A stretch of DNA of 63,957 nucleotides, the filler included. It is 8 parts of 8 records of this genome, joined end to end, with 100 filler letters (N's around TTAATTAATTAA, not from the genome) between each part and the next. Parts side by side here need not be neighbours in the genome. Positions count along the whole stretch, not along the records: positions 33,071 to 41,949 come from SRR31156797_47807; positions 42,050 to 51,282 come from SRR31156797_47816; 6 more parts are not named here. The stretch is one strand, 5' to 3'. The translations under genes were made by a program, and so were the position numbers. The notes beneath the pieces were generated by a model. It was not told where the DNA came from. It saw nothing but the letters and a program-made list of their open reading frames with translations, and searched no databases. This document shows positions 37,700 through 47,892 of the stretch, piece by piece (the first letter of the stretch is position 1; each line of letters opens with the position of its first letter).

Positions 37700-39035
37700 C
37701 TTCCTTCCCAGCGATACGGGACAGCAGCGCTCTGATGTCCAGGACCGTCTTGTTATAGCTAGTAAAATTGGCTTTGCCGTCTACATAAAGCAGAAGTTCT
37801 CCCTCCCGGGAGACAAAGCTCAGCTTATCCAGAGAACCGTTTTTTTTATGAATAACCATCTCGAGAGAGACATCCTGCCCATTATCGAGATCCTGGGGAG
37901 AGCTCAGCTCCCCGGCGATGGTCATGCGGAAAAGGGTCTCGTAAAGCTCCATGGTTTCCGGATAATCCAGATCAAAGCCGTTCACATTGCCGTGAATCTC
38001 CGTCGCCTCACCGCTGAAGCCGATATTATAGTCTTTTTTTTCCATTCCGTCATGGACGGTTATGCTTTCTATCTCAGAAACATTGATATGATAGGCCGCC
38101 CCCTCCAGGAGATCGCTGTAGCGCAGCGTTCGGAACTCCGGGCTCCCCTCCTCCAGGCGGTAGAGCGCGGGATCGCCCTCCCGGCGGACCAGGCCGTCCG
38201 GATAGAAGCTCAGCCGGTAGCTGTTCCCGTCTATGCGGACGCTTAGGATCATCTCGGCCTCATCCCCGCCGCCGGCGGCGTCTTCTCCGATCTTCTCAGA
38301 AGCGGAAAGGGAGAGGACAGGGAAGATCAGATCCGACAGGGCGCTTTCATAGCCGACGCTGTTCTCGATGGGGGCCGTCAGACCGAGAAGGAAATTCCCC
38401 CGGTTTTCCAGGGTATAGGAGGGAAGGTCTTCTCCCGGGAAATCCACAGAGAGGGCTTCCAGGCTGTCCAGGTCCTCCAGATTCACCCTGGGCAGGAGAC
38501 GGAGGGACTCGAAGTCCTCCGGACGGGAGAGGAAAAGATCCCCGTCCTCCGCGGATAGCAGATAGACCCTGTCCTCGTCATCCCGCCGCAGATAATAGGA
38601 ACCGTCCGCAGGAGATTCCCGCCCCAGGGCGAGACGGGTTTTCCGACCGTCCGAAGCGATCAGGGTGATCCGGGCGCGGGGCTCGTCCAGGCCGTATGCG
38701 GCGGGGCCGCCGCTCCCTTCCAGAAGGCCGGCGGCCTCCAGCTTGGAGAGACGGAAGAGGAAGGCCTGAAGCCTTTCCGCCGAGGGATTGAGCCCCTCGG
38801 GCAGGGGCTCCAGGGAGATCTGCCCCTCCCGGTGAATCAGGCCGAACCGGGCCTTCTCATTGATTAGCGCAACGGCGCTTATCTCATAGACGGGACGATC
38901 CACCAGGGGGACCGTTTCAGCAGTGGCATCACGGGCCGGCGCCCCCTCCCCGCCGGGGAGAAACACGGCCCAGGCGGCGGCCGTCAGAATGAGGATAAGG
39001 ATCAGCTGGATTTTAACGCCGCGTCTGTAGTTCAT
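37692..39035 (-). CDS. DUF4340-like membrane-anchored protein
   Basis: N-terminal TM; YGLDEP...LGRESP....YY motif; follows a Gld-type ABC system. Confidence 0.75.
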   Translation of the reverse strand: MNYRRGVKIQLILILILTAAAWAVFLPGGEGAPARDATAETVPLVDRPVYEISAVALINEKARFGLIHREGQISLEPLPEGLNPSAERLQAFLFRLSKLEAAGLLEGSGGPAAYGLDEPRARITLIASDGRKTRLALGRESPADGSYYLRRDDEDRVYLLSAEDGDLFLSRPEDFESLRLLPRVNLEDLDSLEALSVDFPGEDLPSYTLENRGNFLLGLTAPIENSVGYESALSDLIFPVLSLSASEKIGEDAAGGGDEAEMILSVRIDGNSYRLSFYPDGLVRREGDPALYRLEEGSPEFRTLRYSDLLEGAAYHINVSEIESITVHDGMEKKDYNIGFSGEATEIHGNVNGFDLDYPETMELYETLFRMTIAGELSSPQDLDNGQDVSLEMVIHKKNGSLDKLSFVSREGELLLYVDGKANFTSYNKTVLDIRALLSRIAGKEGA

Positions 39036-40405
39036 CCCAGCCGTCTCCTTCTCAGGAAAACGACGATTCCGAGGGCCAGAGCGGTCAGAGGCAGAACGCC
39101 GCAGAGCAGGATCGCCCAGAGGACGAGGGTTCCCGACTGAAGGTTCAGGGGATCGGACGCAATGGTTTTGGGGGCTATGCTCACGCTGGCCTCCTCGGGG
39201 ACCAGCCAGTTGATCAGCTGCACAAGGAACTCGGCGTTGCCGTAGCTGGAGAATCCCAGAAGATCGTCTCCATAGACAAGGCGGCTGCCCAGGACGACCA
39301 TGCGGGAGGGCTCCCCGCCGCTCCTAGACCTGTCCCGCTCACTGCTCAGGACCAGGGAGAAGGGGCCGGAAGGGTCGCCCGCCTCCCTCTCCAGAGACTC
39401 ATAGCGGAATCCCCGCTTTCCGTAGGAACCGGGGGTGGAGCTCAGCACGGAACGAACGTCATAGGCCCCGGCGGACAGGGGGTAGAGGCTGCGGGCGGAG
39501 GGCATGGTCAGGAAGATCCTGGTCTCCATAAAGTAGCGGTTGACCACATGGGGATCGTACATGGGGACGATGTTGACCGGGTTGTTTCCCGTAAAGGCCT
39601 GTTCCTCCAGAACCAGTTCGTTCCCGATCCCTATTCCCCGCTCCTTCAGGAAGGCCTCCAGCCGGGGGAAGGGATCCAGGGAGGGCTCCAGAAAGACCAT
39701 CAGGTTTCCGCCGCTCCGGGCGTAGCCTTCCAGCAGGTCGATATCCTCGGGAAGGAAGTCCCGGCTGGGAGCGGCGATGACGATGATCTCAGGCTCCGCC
39801 TTCAGGAGGGAGGAGATGTTCCCCTGGATCAGCTCGAAGTTGTTGTTCCGGAACAGATCGCTCAGACCGGCGGAGATCCGCTCGTTGTGGCCGTCCCCGA
39901 ATCCCACGACGGGGACCTTCGCCCCGGCGGTATAGCGGAGGGCGCTGACAAGACGCTGCTCCGCCTGGAGACCGGTGACCGCCGTTTTCGACGCATTGGT
40001 GGTATAAAAATCTTCCAGCTGGAAGACCCGGGAACGGACAGGGCCCTCCAGGACCACATCGCCCGGATGGACCTGAAGGCCCCGGGAAAAGAACCCATCC
40101 ATCAGAACGGGATTCTCGTAGGGATCGACGAAGGAGAGAGAGATCCGGGGGCTCAGGGACGCGAAGCGCTTCAGGACCTCCCGGATCATCACCACCGTGT
40201 CCTCCTCCGTCCCCAGAACCGTTATCTCCACAGGCTTATCCAGGGACGCGGCGGCCTCCACGGTCAGAGGAGAAAACTCATAGAGGGCGTTTTCCGTCAG
40301 GTCCAGCTTCCAGCCGTAGCGCTCGACGGCTCTGTGGGAGACCGCTGTGAGGAGGACGAAAATCACGATGCTGAGACCGGCGAATACCAGGCGGCGTCTC
40401 TTCAT
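39032..40405 (-). CDS. GldG-like ABC auxiliary protein
   Basis: KLDLTEN..Y.FS, FVDP..NP, EQ.L.SAL, GHNE, C-terminal TM plus RRRR. Confidence 0.82.
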   Translation of the reverse strand: MKRRRLVFAGLSIVIFVLLTAVSHRAVERYGWKLDLTENALYEFSPLTVEAAASLDKPVEITVLGTEEDTVVMIREVLKRFASLSPRISLSFVDPYENPVLMDGFFSRGLQVHPGDVVLEGPVRSRVFQLEDFYTTNASKTAVTGLQAEQRLVSALRYTAGAKVPVVGFGDGHNERISAGLSDLFRNNNFELIQGNISSLLKAEPEIIVIAAPSRDFLPEDIDLLEGYARSGGNLMVFLEPSLDPFPRLEAFLKERGIGIGNELVLEEQAFTGNNPVNIVPMYDPHVVNRYFMETRIFLTMPSARSLYPLSAGAYDVRSVLSSTPGSYGKRGFRYESLEREAGDPSGPFSLVLSSERDRSRSGGEPSRMVVLGSRLVYGDDLLGFSSYGNAEFLVQLINWLVPEEASVSIAPKTIASDPLNLQSGTLVLWAILLCGVLPLTALALGIVVFLRRRRLG

Positions 40406-40406
40406 C

Positions 40407-41108
40407 CTACTGCCTCCTTCCGTCCAGACGGACCACCGTCAGCAACAGGAAGAGGGCTGTCAGGCTCAGGAAATAGATCACCGCCGCCGGATTGAAGATC
40501 CCGTAGCTGAACTCGATGTAGTTGGACTTGAGGGAGAAAAGGCCCAGAATCTGTTTCATCAGAGGGGAGTCCATGTAAGGGGCCAGGGAGTCGGTCAGCC
40601 AGAGGATCAGGATCACGCCGTAACTGACGATGGCGGACACCACCTGATTCTCCGTCAGGGTTGAGATGAAAAGGCCAATGGCCGTTACCGCCGCCACCAG
40701 AAGGACGGCGGCCAGGTAGTTCCCCAGGGCCGCCAGTCCCTCCAGGGCTCCCAGGGAAGCCAGGATGACAGGGTAGATCAATGTCCCGGCCAGTCCGATG
40801 AGGACGACGCTCAGGGTGGCCAGGAACTTGCCCATAACGATGGAGCCCAGGGAGAGGGGCAGGGTAAAGAGGAGCTGCTGGGTCCTCTGCTTCTGCTCCT
40901 CCGCAAACTGCCTCATGGTGAGCATGGGGATCAGGAAGAGGAGTATCCCGAAGAGGGAGGAGAAGAAGACCTTGATATCCCCGTTCTGGGACATCAGGTT
41001 GGCTGTAACGAAAAGGAATCCGCTCCCCAGAAGGAGTATGGTGAGAAAGACATAGGCGATCATGGAGCGGAAGTACTGCTTCATCTCCTTTATGTAGAGG
41101 GCCGTCAT
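40407..41108 (-). CDS. GldF-like ABC-2 permease
   Basis: KEMKQYF.S.IAY, PMLTMRQFAEE, GKFLA, STLTENQVVS. Confidence 0.85.
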   Translation of the reverse strand: MTALYIKEMKQYFRSMIAYVFLTILLLGSGFLFVTANLMSQNGDIKVFFSSLFGILLFLIPMLTMRQFAEEQKQRTQQLLFTLPLSLGSIVMGKFLATLSVVLIGLAGTLIYPVILASLGALEGLAALGNYLAAVLLVAAVTAIGLFISTLTENQVVSAIVSYGVILILWLTDSLAPYMDSPLMKQILGLFSLKSNYIEFSYGIFNPAAVIYFLSLTALFLLLTVVRLDGRRQ

Positions 41109-41949
41109 CGCTCCTCCCTCCCCGCCGTCAGCTCGAGGAAGATCTCCTCCAGCGTGGGATTCTTCATCTTCATCTGCAGAACGGGACAGCCCGCCCGGCC
41201 CAGGGCCAGGGAGACCTCCCGCCTCAGATCCCTATCCGTCGAGGGACGGATCAGGCAGTCCAGGCAGTCCGCCTCCGCCGCGGCGGCGCTCCGGATCTCG
41301 GCGACCCCGTCCAGTCCGGCCAGGGTCCGGCGGAAAAGCCCTTCGTCCGCGGCGGAGATCCGCAGCTCGAGGAGACGGTCTCCTTCGGAGCTCTTCATCA
41401 GATCCGACGCGGGGCTGTCGGCGGCTATCACCCCGTCGTTCAGCACCAGGACGCGGGTGGAGACCGAGGCGATCTCCGACAGGATATGGGAGCTGATGAT
41501 CACGCTGTGCTCCCGTCCCAGATCCCTGATCAGCTCCCGGATGTCGATGATCTGACGGGGGTCCAGCCCCGAGACCGGCTCGTCCAGGATCAGCAGATCG
41601 GGATCGCCCACCAGGGCCTGGGCCAGGCCGATTCTCTGCCTGTAGCCCTTGGACATGGTCTTCACAAGCCGCCGCTTGACATCGCCGATCCGGCTCATGG
41701 CGCAGACCCGGTCGACCTCGCCCTTCCTCTTCCGCCGGGGGATCTCCCGGACCGAACAGACCAGCTCCAGCTGCTCCTCCACAGTCATATCGGGATAGAG
41801 GGGCGGAAACTCGGGCAGATAGCCCAGTCGGCGTTTATACTCCAGAGGGGCTTCGGCGGCATCGAAACCCTGCAGGGTGATGCGCCCCTCGGAGGGGGGG
41901 AAGTAGGCGGAAAGCATATTGAGGGTGGTGGATTTGCCGGCGCCGTTGG
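41105..41949 (-). CDS. GldA-like ABC ATPase (5' truncated)
   Basis: PNGAGKSTT at contig edge, SKGYRQR signature, LILDEP, SSHIL. Confidence 0.88.
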
Positions 41950-42049
41950 NNNNNNNNNNNNNNNNNNNNNNNNNNNNNNNNNNNNNNNNNNNNTTAATTA
42001 ATTAANNNNNNNNNNNNNNNNNNNNNNNNNNNNNNNNNNNNNNNNNNNN
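41950..42049. other. Artificial contig spacer
   Basis: N-run/TTAATTAATTAA/N-run. Confidence 0.98.
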
Positions 42050-43294
42050 GACGTTCTCCCCCACCACGATGGCGTCATCCACCACAATGCCCAGGGTGAC
42101 GATAAAGGCGAACATGGAAACCATATTGATGGAAAAATCGGTCAGGGGCAGCAGGATAAAGGAGCCGAGCAGAGAGATGGGAATCCCCAGGGAGACCCAG
42201 AACGCCAGGCGGATATCCAGGAACAGGGCCAGGAAGAGAAACACCAGGCCCAGGCCCATGTAGCCGTTCTTGACCAGCAGGGCCGCCCGCTCGCCGAAGA
42301 TCGCCGACCGGTCGTGGATCATGGCCACATCGAGCCCCGGTGGCAGGGACTGTTTGAACCGTGCCACCCCGGCCTTGGCGGCGTCGGCCACGGCCACCGG
42401 CTTCTGGTCCCCCACCCGGAACACCTCGAGCATGATGGCGGGCTTGCCGTTGAACGTGCCATGGTTGTTGGAGTCTTCAAATCCCTCGGTAATCACGGCA
42501 ATCTCCTCCAGGAGCACCCGGGCCCCGTCCTCGAGGGTGATCACGGGAAGCTTGGCATACTCCCGGGCCAGCTCCCGCCGCTCCTTCATCCGCACCATGA
42601 TCTCGCCGGCGGCCGTCTTGAGGCTGCCCCCTGGCAGTTCAATGGACGCATTGCCGATGGTGGCGGCGATCTGGCCAAGGGTGAGGTTGTACCGCCGCAG
42701 GTTCTCCTGGGGCACTTCGATATGGATCTCGTAGTCCCGGACCCCGTTGAGTTCCACCTGGGTGATGGCGGGATCCCGGAGCAGCGTCTCCCGCAGGCTC
42801 TCGGCCCGGTCCCGCAAAACCGTCTCCGGCACATCCCCGAAAAGGGAGTAGGAGATCACCTGGCGACGGCGGGTCACCACCGACACCTTGGGCGTCTCCG
42901 CCTCGTCCGGGAACGAGGTGATGGCGTCGATCTCGGTTTCCACCTCCTGGGCAAAGCTCCTCACATCCACCCCATCCATCACCTCAAGGGAGATCCGGGC
43001 ATGGCCCTCGGATGCGGTGGACCGCATCTCGTCCAGCCCGTCCAGGCCCTGGACCGCCTCTTCAACGGCCAGCACGATGCCCCGCTCCACCTCTTCGGGG
43101 CTAGCACCGGGATAGCTCACAGATACATTGACGAGCCCGATCTCAAACTCCGGGAACACCTCCTGCTTGATTCGGCTGCCCATGAAGAGCCCGCCCACCA
43201 GGAGGACCAGCATCAGGAGGTTGGCTGCCACGCTGTTGCCGGCCATCCACGACACGGCCCCTTTTCGCTCTGTTCGATCTTCGTTGTTTCCCAT
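42050..43294 (-). CDS. RND efflux permease (3' truncated)
   Basis: NSVAANLLM, YPGASPEEVE, GIPIS, LGIVVDDAIVVGEN. Confidence 0.92.
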
Positions 43295-43322
43295 GGTCAC
43301 GCACTCTTTTTCCTGAAATGAT

Positions 43323-44603
43323 TCAACTCTGGGGAGCCTGCTCCCGGATATTACCGCGGGTGTCCCCGTCCACCCCATTACCGGACGATTGGCCGGGGAG
43401 ACCGCCGCCGGCGGTTGCCGGCCCGGTTTCACGGCCCTGGACCCGGATGGCCATGCCGTCCACGGCCGAGGAGAGCTCGGACAGAACGATCTTGTCACCG
43501 GGCTTCACCCCGGATTTCACGAACAGGGTCTCGGCATCTTTCCACAAAATCTCAAGCTGCCCGATGGCAAGCCGGTTGTTCCGGGCAATCCACACCCCGT
43601 TGCCGTCCCGCACCACCTGCCGGGGAAGGGCAATGACATTGTTGAGCCGCTCTCCCTCAATGAAAACCGTCACATAGGAATTGATGAGCAGGGGACTTTC
43701 TTTCCCGGTCTCAAGCCCCAGGGGATCCTTAACGGCGATGAGCACCCTGGCAAGGCGGCTCTGGGGAGCAAGATCCCCCAGCAGCCTCAAAATTTTTCCT
43801 TTATGGGCCCTGTTGTCCCGGGTGAAAACCGTGACAGGGCTCCCCTCCCCTTTCCCGGACAGGGGAAACCGGATCCAGGCAAGCTCATCCATGGGCAGGG
43901 TCGCCTCCACCCAGTACACGTCCGTGGCGGAAAGGGTGGCCAGGGTCTCCTGGCTGGTGACCTGGGACCCCTGCGCCACCCTCTTTTCCATGACCATGCA
44001 GTTGAAGGGGGCGCGAATCACGGTTCGCTCAAGGGCGAGCCGTGCCTTTTCAAGGTCAACCCCGGCCGACGCAACCTCGGCCTCAACCTTTGCCAGCTGG
44101 GGTTTTCTCAGGGCAAGATCCGAATCCCGGAACCGTTTTCCCGAGGTGGTCTCCATAAGCTTCACCTCGGCCCGGGCCACCGCCTGGCGGCCCTTCTCAA
44201 GGTTGAGCTCGGCCCGGGCCCGGGAGACAAGGGTCTTGTTCTTTTCCAGGGCCAGTTTATAGTCCGTGGGATCCAGGGTCAGGATCACCTCCCCCTTTTT
44301 AAAGATGCCCCCCGGGACAAACCGGTCCGACGTATGGAGCACAAACCCGCCCACCCGGGGTTTCAGGGCCATGGACCGGGAGGCGGTCACGGTGCCCATG
44401 GAGGAAAGGGTCACCACATGGTCGGAGGCCCTGGCCGCCATCACCTCCACCAGGGGGGGCTTGACCCGGGGTTGTCCCCGTTTTGCGGCGGGTTTTGTGA
44501 CATAAAGAAAACATGCAAGGGCGACGCCGCAAGCAACGATGAGCATGGGCACAAGCACCCGCATCGCCCTGACGCCCCACCCGGTTTCAGTCTGTTTGAT
44601 CAT
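43323..44603 (-). CDS. RND membrane fusion protein
   Basis: N-terminal TM, GTV...LKPRVGG, LERTVIRAPF; ATGA overlap with OMF stop. Confidence 0.9.
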   Translation of the reverse strand: MIKQTETGWGVRAMRVLVPMLIVACGVALACFLYVTKPAAKRGQPRVKPPLVEVMAARASDHVVTLSSMGTVTASRSMALKPRVGGFVLHTSDRFVPGGIFKKGEVILTLDPTDYKLALEKNKTLVSRARAELNLEKGRQAVARAEVKLMETTSGKRFRDSDLALRKPQLAKVEAEVASAGVDLEKARLALERTVIRAPFNCMVMEKRVAQGSQVTSQETLATLSATDVYWVEATLPMDELAWIRFPLSGKGEGSPVTVFTRDNRAHKGKILRLLGDLAPQSRLARVLIAVKDPLGLETGKESPLLINSYVTVFIEGERLNNVIALPRQVVRDGNGVWIARNNRLAIGQLEILWKDAETLFVKSGVKPGDKIVLSELSSAVDGMAIRVQGRETGPATAGGGLPGQSSGNGVDGDTRGNIREQAPQS

Positions 44604-46021
44604 GATGATTTCCATGCAGTTAAAGGTGATAACGTTTCGGTCCAGGTGCCGCCAAGGGAGCGGTGCAGGGAGACCCTGGCAATAATAAGCCGGGCCTGCT
44701 GCTTGACGATCTCCCGCTCCAGGCCCTGGACATTGAGTTGCTCCCTGAGCAGGGGCACAAAATCGGAGAGCCCCTTTTGATAACGGTTGGTGGCCTCCCC
44801 CAGGGCCAGGCGGGCCGCAGCGAGCTCCTTGCCAAGGGACGCGAGCCACTCCCGCTGGTGGATCTCTTCGGACAAGGCGTCCTCCACCTCCACCAGGGCC
44901 GTGAACACGGTTTTCTCATAAACGGCAAGCCGCTCGTCCACAACAGCGTCGGCCCTGTCCACGGCCGCCGCCCCCTTGCCCCCGTCAAACAGGTTACCGG
45001 CAAGGTTTGCGGCCAGGGAGAGGACCCAGGCGTTGAACAGGTTGTCCAGGCCGGAATTCTGGTAGACCATGCTTCCCGTGAGGTTCAATGAAGGCAGCCG
45101 GTCGGCCCGGGCCCCCTGGCTGTCCCATCTGCCGGCCACAAGCCTCAGCCAGGCCGCCCTGACATCGGGCCGTTTGGCAAGAAGATCCGCGGGAAGCCCC
45201 ACGTCGGGCAGGGGGGGCAGTTCTGTCAAACCGGTCTGATCCAGGGGCAATTCCTTTACCGGGGCCCGGCCCTGCAACAGAAAGAGCCGGTTGGTCAGGG
45301 TGTTGATGCGGTGCTTCAATGGCGGCATCTGGGCGTTTGCCCGGGCCACCACCTCCTGCTGCTGGAGGAGATCCAGGCCCGTGGATAGGGCGTTTTCAAA
45401 CCGCAGCGCCAAAAGGTCCAAGAGCATGGTGTTGGTCTGAAGCTGCTGCTTCACCAGATCGAGTTCCCGGACGGTCGAGACAAGCTCCACCCAGGTGGTG
45501 GCCACCTCTGCCGCCACGGTCATGGCCGCGGCCTCGAGGTCCAGGCGGCTGGCCCGGCCGGCCGCCTCCCCTGCCCGGGCCCGGGACCGGACCCCGCCCC
45601 ACAGATCCACCTCATAGCTTGCGGCCGGCCCAAGGGAAAGGGTATCCTGGGTGATTTCATGGCCATCGGCCCGGGTGCGCCGCTGGCCGGCCCCTGCCTG
45701 CAAGTCCAGTTTGGGAAAAAGAGAGGAGCGCTTTTCCCTGGAGACGGCCCTTGCCTGGTCAAGCCGTGCAAAGGCCTCCCGGAGGGTGAAGTTGCCGCCA
45801 AGGGCGTTCTCCACCATGCGGTTCAGCTGATCGCTGCCAAAGCTTTCCCACCACCGCTCCTGGACCTTTGGCCCTGAACCCGACACCTGGACATACTGAT
45901 CCGGGAACGGTTCGGGCACCCGGGACTCCGGCGACGGCTTTACCCCCAGGCAGCCCTGGGCCAGCAGTAACAGCCCCCAAACGGCCATGGTGACGATGAT
46001 GACGATAGTATTTCTTCTCAT
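44600..46021 (-). CDS. Outer membrane factor lipoprotein (TolC/NodT family)
   Basis: Lipobox AQGC, WWESFG...L, YEVDLWG, GLPADLLAKRPDV. Confidence 0.92.
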   Translation of the reverse strand: MRRNTIVIIVTMAVWGLLLLAQGCLGVKPSPESRVPEPFPDQYVQVSGSGPKVQERWWESFGSDQLNRMVENALGGNFTLREAFARLDQARAVSREKRSSLFPKLDLQAGAGQRRTRADGHEITQDTLSLGPAASYEVDLWGGVRSRARAGEAAGRASRLDLEAAAMTVAAEVATTWVELVSTVRELDLVKQQLQTNTMLLDLLALRFENALSTGLDLLQQQEVVARANAQMPPLKHRINTLTNRLFLLQGRAPVKELPLDQTGLTELPPLPDVGLPADLLAKRPDVRAAWLRLVAGRWDSQGARADRLPSLNLTGSMVYQNSGLDNLFNAWVLSLAANLAGNLFDGGKGAAAVDRADAVVDERLAVYEKTVFTALVEVEDALSEEIHQREWLASLGKELAAARLALGEATNRYQKGLSDFVPLLREQLNVQGLEREIVKQQARLIIARVSLHRSLGGTWTETLSPLTAWKSS

Positions 46022-46033
46022 TTGAATATACTT

Positions 46034-46630
46034 TCAATGGTTACGGTGCGATTCATCCAATCCTCCCAGACGGTTGCCAAGTTGTTTCCTCAAGGTTCGC
46101 CTCCCCCTCACCAGCAGGGACTCCACGGCAGGGGTAGACACGCCCATGACATCCGCGATTTCCCTGTAGCTCAGCTCCTCGGTATGACGGAGGATCACCG
46201 CGGTGCGCTGATTTTCCGGGAGCGCCCGTACAGCCCTGGCAAGGGTGGCCATTGCCTGCTTCCTATCAAGATGGTCATGGGGCGTTTGATGGTCCGGGGG
46301 ATCGGGAAGCCTGTCCGGCAACTCGGGACGCTTTTTCCGATACCGGTCGATGCACAGATTCCGGACGATCCTGAACACAAAAGCGGTCAGGGCACCCCTT
46401 GCATCATAACGCCCGGCCCCCTTAAACAGTCTCAAAAAGGTCTCCTGGACCACATCCTCGGCCTCCTCCCGTGAACCCAGGAACCGGAAGGCAAAGTTGA
46501 GGACCCGCTGTTGATACCGGCCGGTCAACTCCAGGAACGCGGCCTCGCTGCCCCGGGCGATGGCCTGCATCATCTCGGCATCCCCCCGGTTCTCTCGTTT
46601 TTTGCCCAACAGGTGCAGCCAGTTGCCCAT
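46034..46630 (-). CDS. ECF sigma factor
   Basis: AEDVVQETF, RNLCID, LPENQR...LSYREIA.VMG...AVESLL.RGR. Confidence 0.92.
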   Translation of the reverse strand: MGNWLHLLGKKRENRGDAEMMQAIARGSEAAFLELTGRYQQRVLNFAFRFLGSREEAEDVVQETFLRLFKGAGRYDARGALTAFVFRIVRNLCIDRYRKKRPELPDRLPDPPDHQTPHDHLDRKQAMATLARAVRALPENQRTAVILRHTEELSYREIADVMGVSTPAVESLLVRGRRTLRKQLGNRLGGLDESHRNH

Positions 46631-46645
46631 GCCATTCCTTAACGG

Positions 46646-47119
46646 TCAATGTCCCCGTCGCCAGTCGATCTTCTGCTGCTTGTACTCCCGTAAGAGGGAA
46701 AAGAACTCCCTGGCCTGGTCGTCGGTCAAAACATCCTTGACCTCCAGGAAATGCGCGATCCGCTTCTCCGCCTTGAGGGTTTCAAAGGCCACCATCTTCC
46801 GGGTATGGCCGTTGATGAGCACCCTGTCCGGTTCCGCCGTTTTCATGATGTGGTCAATGATGGCCAGTTCCTCCGCCATGCTCCCAAGATAGATCTTTTT
46901 CATCTCGGCCCTGAACGCCTCGCCCATGACGTCGACCCTGGCCTTCCGGCCGGCATCCAGGTCCAGGCGATCATAGGGCCGCATATGCCGGAACCGGTGA
47001 TGTACGGCAAATTTGTCTCCCCATCCATGCTGAAACAGCACATAGCCGGCCATGATCAAAAACCCCAGGTTAAGCCCCAGTGAAAATATCACCACAAGTC
47101 GTTTTGTCAATAGATTCAA
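46646..47119 (-). CDS. Periplasmic heavy-metal-sensor/Spy-CpxP-like protein
   Basis: SLGLNLGFL TM, His-rich HHRFRH, LTDDQ (LTxxQ) motif. Confidence 0.75.
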   Translation of the reverse strand: MNLLTKRLVVIFSLGLNLGFLIMAGYVLFQHGWGDKFAVHHRFRHMRPYDRLDLDAGRKARVDVMGEAFRAEMKKIYLGSMAEELAIIDHIMKTAEPDRVLINGHTRKMVAFETLKAEKRIAHFLEVKDVLTDDQAREFFSLLREYKQQKIDWRRGH

Positions 47120-47598
47120 TACGCCCCCCCTTCTTCCGCAAACAGATATCCGGCATAGCCCTCCTCGAGCGCCACTGCGGCAACCATATCACCGCCATCC
47201 ATGGGGGACGAAAAATAGTCCAGAACCGTGGCCCCCAGAATGCAGCCGGTCACCACCCCCGCGGTCACGGCGACATAGGCAAGGGAGCGCCATTGCCGCT
47301 CAAGCCGCTGCCACAGGGAAACGGTTTCAGGGGCGGAACGGACGGCCTTCGGAATGGCGGCCACCCTGGCCTCCGCCGCCCGGGTCAGGGCCAGGGACGG
47401 CAGCCGGTTCAGGGCGTCACACAGGATCGTAAGCTCCCGGGCCCGCACCCGGCAATGCCGGCACCGATAAAGATGGTCTTCCACGGCCCTTTGGCGGCGT
47501 CCCCCGAGGGTCCCTTCCGCCCACCGGTTCAATTCGGTCTCCTTGATATGTGCCATTTTTCCTCCCCATTCCTGAACAGATTCCATGCCCTCACCCAT
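47116..47598 (-). CDS. Zinc-binding (HxxxCxxC) anti-sigma factor
   Basis: HLYRCRHC plus single TM. Confidence 0.8.
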   Translation of the reverse strand: MGEGMESVQEWGGKMAHIKETELNRWAEGTLGGRRQRAVEDHLYRCRHCRVRARELTILCDALNRLPSLALTRAAEARVAAIPKAVRSAPETVSLWQRLERQWRSLAYVAVTAGVVTGCILGATVLDYFSSPMDGGDMVAAVALEEGYAGYLFAEEGGAY

Positions 47599-47748
47599 GT
47601 CAACGGATCAGCCTCCAAAACCCTGCGCACTTTTTCCATATTATTTTGAAGAACAGGGTGTCCGGCCCATCATAGAGCTTGTTTTTTTACCAGTTCCGGG
47701 CTATCTGCTTAAGCGAAGCAAGCCTCCTCAGGCTCAGGCTGTAACCAG

Positions 47749-47852
47749 CGGGGTCAGGCTTTCTGTATTGGAATAGACGGGGTCAGGCTTTTCTTATTGT
47801 GTTTTATTGGGATCAAACGAACAGAAGGACAATAAGGAAAGCCTGACCCCGT
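47749..47852. repeat. REP/MITE-like 24-bp inverted repeat with a third partial copy
   Basis: ACGGGGTCAGGCTTTTCTTATTGT (47777-47800) and ACAATAAGGAAAGCCTGACCCCGT (47829-47852), one mismatch; CGGGGTCAGGCTTT at 47749. Confidence 0.75.
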
Positions 47853-47892
47853 ATGATGCCCCGAATTAAATACCTTGAAAGGAGTGTTGATC

